Source: Balanoglossus misakiensis
Lineage: Eukaryota > Animalia > Hemichordata
Direction: 5' to 3'
Length of the DNA stretch: 64,000 nucleotides
NCBI GenBank assembly: GCA_040954595.2
Contig: CM082598.2
Location: 8,013,097-8,077,096 of the forward strand
The notes beneath the pieces were generated by a model. It saw nothing but the letters and a program-made list of their open reading frames with translations, was not told where the DNA came from and searched no databases. This document shows positions 13,501 to 25,956 of this stretch, one piece after another; the stretch's first letter is position 1, and the number at the start of each line of letters is the position of its first letter. Made by a program: the position numbers and the translations under genes.

Positions 13501-14244
13501 TTTAATGGTCTGTATGCGGTCCAGATATTCTCTGTGTGTTTTCTGTAATGTTCCGTCGCCCATATCTACATCCCCATTCCACTCTAATTTTCTCGACTCA
13601 AAAAGTCCTTTATTTACATCTGTTGCATCCCCCTTCAACCACACTCTCTGAGTGGGCATGTTTTCCTTCATGTCTGATAAGACTTTATCCTGAAAAAACA
13701 ATGCTAGAAATTAAGAGGCAGTAATAGAGATGTATACTGAAAAAAAAACCATCAGATTCAGAGAACAATATACAAGTCTATTGCTATCATTACAAATTTG
13801 TCTATTCTAGACGTCGCCTGTACAGACACCGGATCACCTTATTTGTGTATTGGCGTGACATTTCTACATCAAATAGCAACCGTTCTAAAACAACTATTAA
13901 ATCTGTCCTGTAATTAGATAATATCTTTTTTTCACACGTTTTTATCAAACTGTTCTTCTGTTACAAATGAAAACAGGTGTACGTAGAATTGACATACCTG
14001 AATGTATGGTCCACTAATAAATCCACTGCCTTGCATGTCCCTGTTGAGGGTTGACCTACTGACTGTTGGAATATTCACTTTTGCCTAAAACAAAAATAAA
14101 CGGGTATATACCAGTGGGAAAATGAAAGGCAACACACTCAACGAATGAATTAGTCTTTTTGGGTTGTTTTACTAAGTACCGTACAAATTATCAACCATAT
14201 CAAGAACTAGCAGTTCAAGTTTCTGTTATTTAACAATATCTTAA

Positions 14245-14352
14245 GGATATACGTGCAGAACATACAGATTTTCATTATACATACAAAAGTTAATTCAAAA
14301 ATCAACAATTAAAAGAAATGACAATACTTTCAATTGTACTGAACGTACATCC
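14245..14352. mobile_element. Short Kolobok-like MITE in intron
   Basis: TTAA|GGATATACGT...ACGTACATCC|TAAA. The same end, reverse-complemented, recurs at 32263 after TTAA. Confidence 0.55.
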
Positions 14353-15637
14353 TAAAGTATTTCACTTTACCTTCATTGGATCACGTGTGATAGGTGTGCA
14401 ATCTCCTGCTTTAAACATTGGCCCAGTAAACAAGTTCAAGCCCTTTCCCCCAAGTTCATCATAAATTGATTGGGTGAACTTCCGGAGATCCGGTGGGCAG
14501 GTGATCTGTAAATCGATAGGTGTATTCACAATCTGAACATATTTTAATGAGGTTATTGTGATGTATGTATTGCACTTTTATATAAATGTGTTCTAGTTTT
14601 CTGATCACATTTGTCAAATAAAATCATAGACACCTGGTATAGTACAACAAAGTAGATTTCCAAATATACGACTACATGTGATTGCTGATGAATTGCGATA
14701 AATTAACAAACATCAACTATTTTGTTGGCAAATACCTGATTTGTATGTGATGCATTGAAGAACTGCAGAGAGTACTCCAAAACCCCATATGGCATCCTGT
14801 CGGTTGGGAATCGAGAATCACTCCCACCAGTCCTCATTGTACCAAAACCTCTAGCAGCTAGATAAATCAGATTTGGTTTATGTTTATCTTGTAGATGTGC
14901 CATGGCCTGCAATGCCAGTTGAAGAAAATCAGTGGGACAGTCTAGCTCCACATGTTCCACAATTTGCTTGAATGCCACATCTATAACGGCCATCAAGCAT
15001 ACTGGTTCTAATGTCTGAAGGGATGTTATGATTTCTGACAGTGTTGATGACATGTTTTCATCATGATCCACATCATCCTGTAAGACATCTATACCATAGT
15101 GATCTTCTGCAACATGAAGTTTTTGAAACTTCTCTCTCAAATGTACTGCTTTCCGCTGACAAGATTTCCCTGCAAAACATGACAAAGTTTGATTTTTCCT
15201 GAAATACAAATTACTGGTAATATAAAAAGTTTTATTTTGAAGATAAAGGAACATTACCATATTTTATGACAGTGCTTTTTAAAAGTGTAACATGTCTGAA
15301 AGCAATTCCAAGTTACTTACTTTTAAAGTACAAAATGTACCAATGCCCAACCCTTAATTAATAAAGTCCAGATATATGATTCATAATTCTAGGGAATTTA
15401 CATGTTCCCTTTTTCAAAGCGAAAACCATTTCATTTCAATTTCACAACCATGCATGCACCACTCCATTTCTAGATATGCATCTAAGGAAATTAAATTATA
15501 TACTTGCACCCTCTCTCAGGACTATCAAATCCACTCTTCTCTTCAAATCCACTGGCTCTCGCGTATTTAGCGAATATTGCTCGCGAAAATAACCCGTTTT
15601 ACAGTATGTAACACCTATCAGGTAGCATATGTTTGAT

Positions 15638-17111
15638 TAGTCCTGTTTCATAAGTCAGGTCCATGACATATGTACCGACATCTGTGATTGGTAGATCTGG
15701 TAATCTTAGGTCCACTTGCGGCATGCTGATTGGAGGGACCTTATGTGTTAGGTCTTATTACTATGTATTATTCACTTTACAGCTCCCTGATTGGTGAATG
15801 TGTAGGTCTGGTCCTCCAGTGTTCACTGCCTCATTATGCAGGACCTTGTAGGTTTGGTCTTATTAATATGTATTTATTCAATTTTCAGCTCCCTGATTGG
15901 TTAATGTGTAGGTCTCCAGTTTTCACTGCCTCGTTATGCAAAGTCCTTTGTACTTTCTGAATACATGTGTCCTATACTGTCTGGCATGCAGCCTGCGCGT
16001 GGTCGAAGCTCGATCCCAGTGTATAAAGAAAGGCACTCGTATAATGATTGGATTTCACCTTTACCTTTACTATTCATGGCATTTTACGTGATACTGTGAA
16101 CTAGATACTCGAAATAAAAATTGCCAGGAGATTTTTTTATTTTATTTCCAGTGGCGGTTTGTTGAATTGGGCTAGTGTTTTGTTACGTAATGCAATTCAG
16201 CACATGACTTCGTGTAACACCTGGCTGAATACGAAGTGTGTGCTATTCATTCGAGCCAACCAAAAATATCTTACAATAGAAATGCTTAGAATACCATTGC
16301 ATTGCTTTGGGACACTCATTAGTTGCTTTACAGGTATGCTCACTTCTAAATTTTACTTCGTTCACGAAGCTGCACCGTCATAGTTCCCTAACTTTTTATG
16401 GAAACAATATACAAATTCATAAACGGACAACGTGCTCCTTATCACAACGTCTTCGTCAAAACAAATTTACATTAAAATAGTAATAACAATAACAATAATA
16501 ATAATAATATTGATGATGAGAAGTAGGAGGGTGATTAAAAAATAGTAGTATTACACCAACTGTTACCAAAAATGCTTAGATAAGTAAATCAGATTTTCAA
16601 AGTCCATCTAAAAGATAATTTAATCTTTCCAGGGTGCGGTTTATGTTAGTGATAGTATCAGTCAGGCTATTTCTCAGAAAATCAATGAACGATCTGCGGA
16701 CATCCTGAATAATGTGTTACCACAACGCTAGCCAGGAAGCACATTGGACATTTCACAATGAGGCAGTGAACACTGGGGGAGCAGACTGACACGTTAACCA
16801 ATCGGGGAGCTGTATGGTGAATAAATACATATTAATAAGACCTAACCGACAAGGTCCTGCCTAATCAGGCAGTGAACACTGGAGGACCAGACCTACACAT
16901 TAACCTATCAGGTAGCTGTAAAGTGAATAATGCATAGTAATAAGACCTAACCTACAAGGTCTGGTGAATAATACATAGTAATAAGACCTAACACATAAGG
17001 TCCCTCCAATCAGCGTGCCACAAGTGGACCTTAGAGAAGCGGATAAACCAATCAGAACATGTAATAAATGTGTATAGGACGTGTAATGTAGGTCATTTTG
17101 AAACAGGACTA
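15638..17111. mobile_element. Long-TIR non-autonomous element with TAG termini (Academ-like)
   Basis: TAGTCCTGTTTCA...TGAAACAGGACTA, with ~300 bp of imperfect internally repeated inverted arms (15700-15950 vs 16770-17035). No TSD recognisable. Confidence 0.65.
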
Positions 17112-17920
17112 TTATGACATTAACAATGCGTGCAATGGGCTGCCCTAAAATTTCGCCGAGATTATGCTGATAAACACCAGCAACAGTCGCGTGACGTGAA
17201 TTATTATGGGTACACCATTAGTTACATGTTGTCAAGTTCAATGGGCGGTGCTGCGAGCTAGGTACCGCAACACGAAAATAAAAGGTATATTCTCCATGTC
17301 TCACTCACCTTGCCACGACCAGTGATTCCCAAAACTTTCCTCGACTTTTCCTTCTGTCCGAGACTCTTTCCATCAGGAGAGCTCCGTAAATCTTTACTCT
17401 TACTCATTTTGGTATCTGTCCAGCGTCCCCGGAGCTTGCGATCACACAGACCCAATGTTTACGTCTGACGTCATAATCACCTGATTTTGACACGGGCTCA
17501 CGAGACGTAGTACGTTACGTTGCCGATATTGCATATTAATTAGGTAACTTTGAACATCAGGGGCGGCTAAACAAGGGTGGAGCAATCTGGAGCTATCATT
17601 CTAGACGGAAGTGTGACAACTTATCTACAACATATTTGAGTATTGAGACTTGCGGTGTTAAAATAAATTAGAAAACCACGTGTTGTTAACATCTCATCAC
17701 AGTCGTAGCACGAATTCGGCCGATCCGAAAAAGAGGGGTAGCGGGCAACAGCTCTAAAATTTCGTCATGGTTGTGTCCCCAACTACTTGAAAATGAAAGT
17801 TGGTAGGAAATTCAAAATAAAAAGCAGGGAATCAGAAAAAAAATCGAGAAATTTTATTACTCATGAATTATTCATATTATGCAATTCTTTCAGCCAATCG
17901 CGGCGTGCACAACCCCCCTG

Positions 17921-18341
17921 CTGTAGATCGACTGTTTGTTCTAAAATATCCATGGTTGCTTCCAAACGCTGTCTTGTTATTTGCATATTCAGTTGTGATG
18001 CGTAGAACACACAGGTCCGAGCGAATAAGAAAGTTTTCCGGTAGACTCCGTAGATCGACGGTTGTTCTAAAATATCCATGGTTGCTTCCAAACGCCGTCT
18101 CGTTATTTGCATATTCAGTTGTGATGCGTAGAACACACAGGTCCGAGCGAATAAGAAAGTTTTCCGGTAGACTCTGTAGATCGACGGTTTGTTCTAAAAT
18201 ATCCATGGTTGCTTCCAAACGCCGTCTCGTTATTTGCATATTCAGTTGTGATGCGTAGAACACACAGGTCCGAGCGAATAAGAAAGTTTTCCGGTAGACT
18301 CTGTAGATCGACGGTTGTTCTAAAATATCCATGGTTGCTTC
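17921..18341. repeat. ~127-bp tandem repeat (3.3 copies; continues at 19557-19583)
   Basis: Unit ctgtagatcgac..ttgttctaaaatatccatggttgcttccaaacg...ttttccggtagact at 17921, 18048, 18174 and 18301. Confidence 0.95.
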
Positions 18342-19556
18342 CAAGGTAGTATGTGTCACGCGCAAAGCACCATGGGAGGTCAAACATGAATAAGCGTTCA
18401 TTTGACTTCTGGCTGGCCTCGAGTACACACGTCAGCAGTGTCTGGACGATCACTTTCTTTGAACCTTTTATGTAGAATATTTTCGATTTTTGTGACACCG
18501 GATATTTAGTTGTGCACAGATTGGTACCAAGTTCGTTCTCTGTGATATTTTCGGCTCGCTTGACGTTTTTAACCGTCTATTCGGATCGATGTACTGGCCG
18601 CGGGGCTATGCGCATACGTCGACGGGGCGTTGCTGCATGATGGCCGCCGAGCGTGAAAAGCTTAACTGTAGGCCAACATACCGTTGCAGCTTTTCTATTC
18701 ATTCTATTACATCATTTATATCAGTTTTCTTCTCAAATATGTACAGAATTTTTTAAAACCCCACTTCAAACCGCAAATAAACGAAAACCAGAAGACTTCT
18801 TTTTATTTTACGCACAATGAGTACAAGAAACATACATGCATGTTTGTAAATATGTGGTTAGTTACGCAAGTCAAACAGCGCGTGTCCTTAACTACCACAT
18901 AAAAAATCGTATGTAAGTGCTTGAAAGAAAATTTTACTGCCTTTGGAATGGTACCGAAGTGAGCATAATGTCGTTGGTCTTTTTCAGGAACGTGTTGACT
19001 GTAATAGGGTTATTCTAAAATTTAGTATTACAGTAAGTTGCGATCACCTCGGCCTTCACATACGGAGAGGGAATGTGTTGGGCGCCTATAAGATAGTACA
19101 GTTTCTAAATACGGTGAAATCAATAAAATAAAAGGGGCGCTTTGGGGCTCCCATGCAATTTCACACACATTACATATTAGTCTTTCAAAATATACAAATA
19201 ACAAAGCTGTGCGCTCGCTGTTTAGTCTGCCTGCTAACTTCAAACTACGTCGCCCGAGTACGATCGTTGGCAACAGTACGCCATGATGCCAGCGGACATA
19301 TGGAGTGGAAAAACACCAAAAAATCGCGACTCGGAACAAAATCGATAGTACTTTCCTCACAGAACGATGCTAACATACATGAACTTATAAAAATTCGATT
19401 GGTTTTTCGTTCGAACGGAGTTTCCTTTACATAACCTACGAGAACATAAGTCGATTGCGCACAGAAAGCTACACGCGTGACACTGCTGGGTCGACCATGT
19501 TTTGCTGACTAAGAGCGGGTTAAACCGGAAGTGACGTCGTGACCCTCACCACCTTG
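18342..19556. mobile_element. P-superfamily-like non-autonomous element with 7-bp TSD
   Basis: Termini CAAGGTAGTATGTGTCACG / CGTGACCCTCACCACCTTG. TTGCTTC is duplicated at 18335-18341 and 19557-19563; removal restores the 127-bp repeat unit. Confidence 0.8.
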
Positions 19557-20587
19557 TTGCTTCCAAACATTGTCTTGTTATTTAGTAGTAGTTGAACTAT
19601 GACTGACATAGTGACAAAAAATATGTTGCCTCTCCCCATACAATGTTATGCTAACCCATAGCTCTTTTCTATGACAGAGAATAACATGTCATTCCCACTC
19701 CTGTTTCAGTACAATAACGATGATAAAATGTTCTGCCATGTAGCTCTGTTCAATGACTGTCATGACTGTACACATGGATACCCCCTAGTGAATGCTAATG
19801 GAATATCATCCCGTCCCAAGCTCTGTTCAATAACTGTTCTGATAGACTAAATGCGACATTAACACTAGAGGACATGTACTGATCTGAGTGAACAGATCCC
19901 GTGAGGAGTATGGTGCCCAGAGTACGACGTGTCCCCAAAAAAGAGATTTTCGCAAGTTGATTTTCGGTGCGGCCTGTGGTGATTCTTCGACACAATACCA
20001 AAATTGAGTCTACCAACACTGCTAGCGACAATCATCATGCAAACGGAGAGGTCTTTACTGATGACTGTATAGCGAATAAACCCTAAGACTGTAACAGCGT
20101 CCGAAGTCCTACACAGACTGTGTCCCCTCCTGAGGTCAGCACGAGGTGCCCTCATCCCATGTATCTAATTTTGCAAAGAAGTTACGCCTACCAGCCTCGT
20201 TCGCGAACGTACAGCTCGCAAAGTCTGCGGGCAAGACGGTCGTCATCACACAGAGAGTGTGTCAACTAATTAATGAAGTTAATTTGTTCCAAATGGTCAC
20301 ATAGTTCATTTGTGTACAGATTGCACTAGTAACAGCATTTTGTGAGAAAATGGCGAGGAACGGAGTCCCGGACACTTTCTCGCTGTTCAAGCATGCAAGA
20401 ACACAATCTTCATCGCAACAGGTCCAGCGAGAAATCTGCAAGTGAAGTATTGCAGTCAGTCGCGAGAAAATTGTTTACCCACTTTGCATCTATTTCTGTA
20501 TACTCTTTTCCCGACCTTACATTGGCTACACGCAGTTGACTGTGAGAATTAAATTTCTCGCATATGCAGCGCGATAAAAGTTAATTC

Positions 20588-20619
<32 letters not shown>

Positions 20620-22959
20620 CAAAAAGTTTATATAGCGCCAAAATCCAAAACAAGAAATTTTGCCCAATGACGCTCATGGTTAAACCACACTGTATGCTCT
20701 TTCGAACATGCGAGTTTTCAGTTTTCTTATGAAAGTCTCCAGGTTTGTAGATTCCCTGATGACAAGAGGAAGTGCGTTCCACAGTTTAGGGGCTGCATAG
20801 CAGAAGGCACGGTCGCCATAGGTCTTGTTTTTGTAGGTTGTGTATGTTAAGAGTTTCTTGGTGGATGAACGCAGTGTGCGAGTGGGAGTGTATGGCTGCA
20901 GTAGATCACTGATGTAAGCGGGCGTCTTGTTATGGATAACTTTGAAAGTTATCAACACAATTTAGTAGTCGATCCTGAGACGAAATGGTAACCAATGGAG
21001 TTGGGCAAGAACTGGAGTGATAGGCGTGAATTTCCTAGTGCGCATGACTATTCTGGCTGAAGTATTCTGAGCTCTTTGAAGTAGGGCGATTGTGTTTTCT
21101 GGGAGACCATACAGGAGTGAGTTACAGTAGTCAAGTTTGGCAGATAGAGTTGCATGTACTAATAGTCCATGGGCCAGAGACCGAAACCCTCCCCCCCCCC
21201 CTGGGGAGTTTTGCAGACATATATTTTTGGAAAGCCTATTTATCCAGCTGTCAGAATCAGGTTGTTTGCACTCATATTAATGGTGGGTGTGGCCGTGAGG
21301 AGCGGTTGTCATGGTAACGATAGCATAATTTTAGGGGTACTCATACAGTTAAAAAATGATATATTTCAGGATCTGAGAAAGCTAGAGAAAAAAATTGAAC
21401 ATTGGGTCTTATAAAGTAGGGTATGGGCTATCCAATGATTACATGACCGACAAGGTCAGAGGTCAAGTTCATCTTCAAAACGCGGGGTCAAAGTAAAAAT
21501 TGCGCTAATTTTTACATATCGATCATACATAGTTTCGATTTTCTGGAAAACGGTTTGCTCGAGGAGGCTGTAAATTGGTCATCAGGTAGCATGGAACATT
21601 AGGTTTAAGAAAAATAAGCTGATTCACGTCTTTGATATTAAGTTATATTAAAATTCTGTTACCATAACGACGGATAGCAGATTTTGCGAAAATCACAAAA
21701 ATAAGAATCTTGCTATATCTTTGCTACCAATTAAGCTTTAGATAACATTTAAACACTCAAACTTATAATTTCGGGTGCGATCTTTTCATTGCTAACTTGA
21801 ACTTTGGGGTTCAAGGTCAAGGTCATCCTCAAATTTCAGGTCAAAGTGACAAAATGGACATTATGGACTTTTGTTCAAAATGACATTTTACGGCGAGCGT
21901 TTACTAAACACTGTTTGGGTCTAGAATGCTATAATTTGATCTCCAGATAGACATGTGTATTGTTTACAAAGATTTTAATTTGTTTTGCTGTTTACATATA
22001 CTTAATATGCAAAACCTGCTGTTTTAATGACAACTAAATGAATGGTAGGAATAGCAAGAGTACTCATACAATTAAAATGAGATATTTCAGGTTCTGAGAA
22101 AGCTAGAGAAAAAATTTAAACATTGGGTCTTATAAAGTAGGGTACGGGCTATCCAATGATTACATGACCGACAAGGTCAGAGGTCAAGTTCATCTTCAAA
22201 ACTTGGGGTCAAAGTGAAAATTTCGCTATTTTTTGCATAACGATCATACATAGTTTTGATTTACTGGAAAACGGTTTGCTCGAGGAGGCTGTAAATTGGT
22301 CATCAGGTAGCAAGGAATATTAGCTTTAAGAAAAATAGGCCTATTTTCGTCTTTGGTTGTAATTTATATTAAAATTCTGTAACCATAACGACGGATAGAA
22401 GATTTTGCGAAATTCCCCAAAATAAGAAACTTGCTGTATCTTTGCTACCAATTAAGCTTTACATAAAATTTAAAAACTCAAACATATAATGTCGGGTGCG
22501 AGCTTTTGATTGCTAAATTGAACTTTGGGGTTCAAGGTCAAGGTCATCCTCAAATTTCGGGTCAAAGTGACAAAATGGGCATTATGGACTTTGTTCAAAA
22601 TGACATTTTACGGCGAGCGCTTACTACACTGTTGGGATCTAGAATGCTATAATTTTGTATATTTTGATATTAATATTTAAATAAGATGCCACTTTTACTT
22701 CTGGATATTATTATATAAAAAAAAACGCGACCGTGGGAGTGCGAGTCATGCTGATTTATGCGTTATCCCATGATGCCACTGCGGCAATAGTCCAGACAAC
22801 CCGATCGAATATCTGTGTTTTAGGCACAGAGATTTTTTGGAAATTGTGCGTAAAGCACTTAAGACACATTATATACTCAAAAGCAATGTTTTTAAATCAC
22901 AATCATTCATAATCATACAAAATGAATGCTACGTTTTTAAAAAAACGCTTGCTCATGTG

Positions 22960-24480
22960 AAAATGTTTTCCGGTTGTTTGTCATTGCATGGCCTCCATCT
23001 TGCTGATGAAACGTCCAGCGCTAGGGTCTGCAACTTTTTATCATGGTGTAAAGGTAGGGAACACAGTCAATGCCTGAGATGGATTGTGATCTTTTGACTT
23101 CCCAGCCTGCTAATGAACTTTTGGAAATAGTTCACAATTTTGTGAAACACATCATTGAACATCATTTCCCGCTTATGGCTGAGTTTAGACAAGAGAGGAG
23201 TAACTTTTAACTTTTGGTATGACTTTGTGTAGAGTATTGCTGCCATTAAAACTCTACCCACCGGTAGAAATGTAAGTGCATTAAGAAATGGTGATTGAGA
23301 TATTTTCCAAACTGCTAAGAATCAGCTATTATTACCTCTGTTGTTTTGTGCCAATCGAAACGGACTATGCAAGGTACATGTCAGTACTTATTCTGGTGAT
23401 GCATAGAATACCAGAAAGTGTACAAGAGTCATTAAATGAAGGGGATTTCATGGCAAACTTATCTGACGATTCACTAAAGGGTGCTGGTGGTGTCATGAGA
23501 GGTTTAGCACTTGAAAAGTGGTTTTGGGTGGACCGATTACTGCAAAGTTCTCTGATACATTTCACAAATAAATATGCAGTATTGGTAAACAAAATAAGAT
23601 CCGATATGGAAAAGCAGTCATTAAGAGATGGAATACTGATGTGGCAAAGCTTTAAGAATTACAAGGTGGAGCATTTGTCGACCCATTTGATCTTTCCGAC
23701 CCTCATTTAAGCAACAATCAACATTACTATATCAAAAGAAATGACTGGGGTTTTTTTCCGAGCAACTAATTATACAAGAAGAACCTGACAAACCGTGTAA
23801 GTGCTTCTATCATAGTATGACTTGCATGCAATGTAAAATCATGACAAAAATGAAGAAGACGGTTTATCTTTGATTACCTGCTGTTAATACAAGTTAGAAG
23901 ATGCCACTCATCGGAGTCATTGAAAATTCCAATGTTCCTCTCTGTTTGTTTTCAGATGATGGACTAATTAAAATTCATTTCCAGGAGACAGATAGACTAG
24001 CATTGAGGCTGCCGATACAATAGTTTATGATGACCATTCAGTCTCTGTCTGGTCCTAATCTTGTAGACAGAATCACTTTTATCGATATAGCAATAGGATT
24101 TATGGAATACATAATGTAGAATAGAGGCCGAATTTTAGGTCCTGTTGATAATTCGCAAATACACATGATCATTGATAATTATGATGCCAAAAGGATCAAA
24201 GGATCAAAGGCCAAACACGTGATGTGAGTGTTGCTCCAGCACATCATATCATACTTGATCTAATTGCTCCGACAAAATGGACGCATTCTTGCTTACCACT
24301 AATCAGGAAAACAAAGCAAATTTTGCAAAATGCTACACATAATGAAAAAAGTAGATCTCAACATTGGTCAGAAATTAATTGTAAGTGGAGGACCAAACTT
24401 CACCACTTTTGTTGTCGCAAAAGATACAGTGAAGAAGCAGATACGCGGATTGTTCTTAGTTCTACCCGCAAGTGCAGCGT
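22960..24480 (+). pseudogene. Degraded AcademX transposase fragments
   Basis: DYARYM...EGDF...KGAGGVMRGL..LEKW and XPG/PIN-like EEADTRIVL; many stops and deletions. Confidence 0.7.
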
Positions 24481-25956
24481 CTGATAGAGGGGCAAGATGA
24501 CTCCTTACGTCAACTTGTCATATCAACAGAAATCATCTTGATAAGAATGTGCTAAATATGATAAAACTTTGTACATATTTAAACTGAAATACCATAGAAT
24601 GGCCACAATATAAGTTGAATATAGTCTTTTTACAGTAAAAACATGCTGATAATGTATGTCCCTTTATAGCAATTGCAAATGCACTTTCGCATATTTCAAG
24701 AAATATACCAATTTTACTAAATCTTGAATTCATCAGCTCGCCATGGAAATTGAAAATGTCATCAAGCATTTTCAAACTCTCAGAACTTAACTTTAAAATG
24801 GTGTATGACACAAAATGTTGTATGGCCAAGTCAGAGGGTTCGTTTTTTTCTTGGGAGATCTGCAACACTAATTAGAGTTGGGATATTGAATTTTGACCCC
24901 ATCTTTTGAAGGTGACCCTGAACTTTAAATTTAAAATATCAAAATATACAAACTTATAGCATTCTAGATCCAAACAGTGTAGTAAACTCGCCGTAAAATG
25001 TCATTTTGAACAAAGTCCATAATGCCCATTTTGTCACTTTGACCCGAAATTTGGGGATGACCTTGACCTTGAACCCCAAAGTTCAATTTAGCAATCAAAA
25101 GCTCGCACCCGACATTATATGTTTGAGTTTTTAAATTTTATGTAAAGCTTAATTGGTAGCAAAGATATAGCAAGTTTCTTATTTTGGGAAATTTCGCAAA
25201 ATCTGCTATCCGTCGTTATGGTTACAGAATTTTAATATAACTTAATATCAAAGACGTGAATCAGCTTATTTTTCTTAAACCTAATGTTCCATGCTACCTG
25301 ATGAGCAATTTACAACCTCCTCGAGCAAACCGTTTTCCAGAAAATCAAAACTATGTATGATCGATATGCAAAAAATAGCGAAATTTTCACTTTGACCCCA
25401 AGTTTTGAAGATGAACTTGACCTCTGACCTTGTCGGTCATGTAATCATTGGATAGCCCTTACCCTACTTTATAAGACCCAATGTTTAAATTTTTTCTCTA
25501 GCTTTCTCAGAACCTGAAATATCTCATTTTAACTGTATGAGTACTCTTGCTATTCCTACCATTCATTTTGTTGTCATTAAAACAGCAGGTTTTGCATATT
25601 AGGTATATGTAAACAGCAAAACAAATTAAAATCTTTGTAAACAATACATATGTCTATCTGGAGATCAAATTATAGCATTCTAGACCCAAACAGTGTTTAG
25701 TAAACGCTCGCCGTAAAATGTCATTTTGAAAAAAAATCCATAATGTCCATTTTGTCACTTTGACCTGAAATTTGAGGATGACCTTGACCTTGAACCCCAA
25801 AGTTCAATATATATAATAATATAATAATCTTTTATTTGCGTTTTAAGGCCGCCGGCCCATATGCAAAGGGGGTACATTTAGATTTTTTCCAAAAGAGAGA
25901 TACAACAAAACATATAAGTGGAGTGCATAGCAAGGTATATCAGAACACAAATCGCA

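Larger units (their letters stand above)
6350..15540 (-). pseudogene. Divergent multi-exon P-element/THAP9-like DDE transposase, 5' end missing, interrupted by insertions
   Basis: Exons include 14736-15169, 14371-14532, 13998-14084, ~13400-13690, ~12768-13256, ~12345-12489, ~11781-12030, 11257-11438, ~10770-10965, ~10225-10404 and 6350-6580 plus 9874-~10090. Motifs in P-transposase order: IPTVSRSTLNR, LKGDATD (D1), LVTDGEFN (D2), EDQNHIFKRI (DxxH), KQCVGDCEKL, STTDDVEGFFS (E). Confidence 0.75.

Noticed and set aside
17787-18340. Repetitive proteins in several frames
   Set aside because: These are translations of the 127-bp tandem repeat, whose unit length is not consistently a multiple of three.
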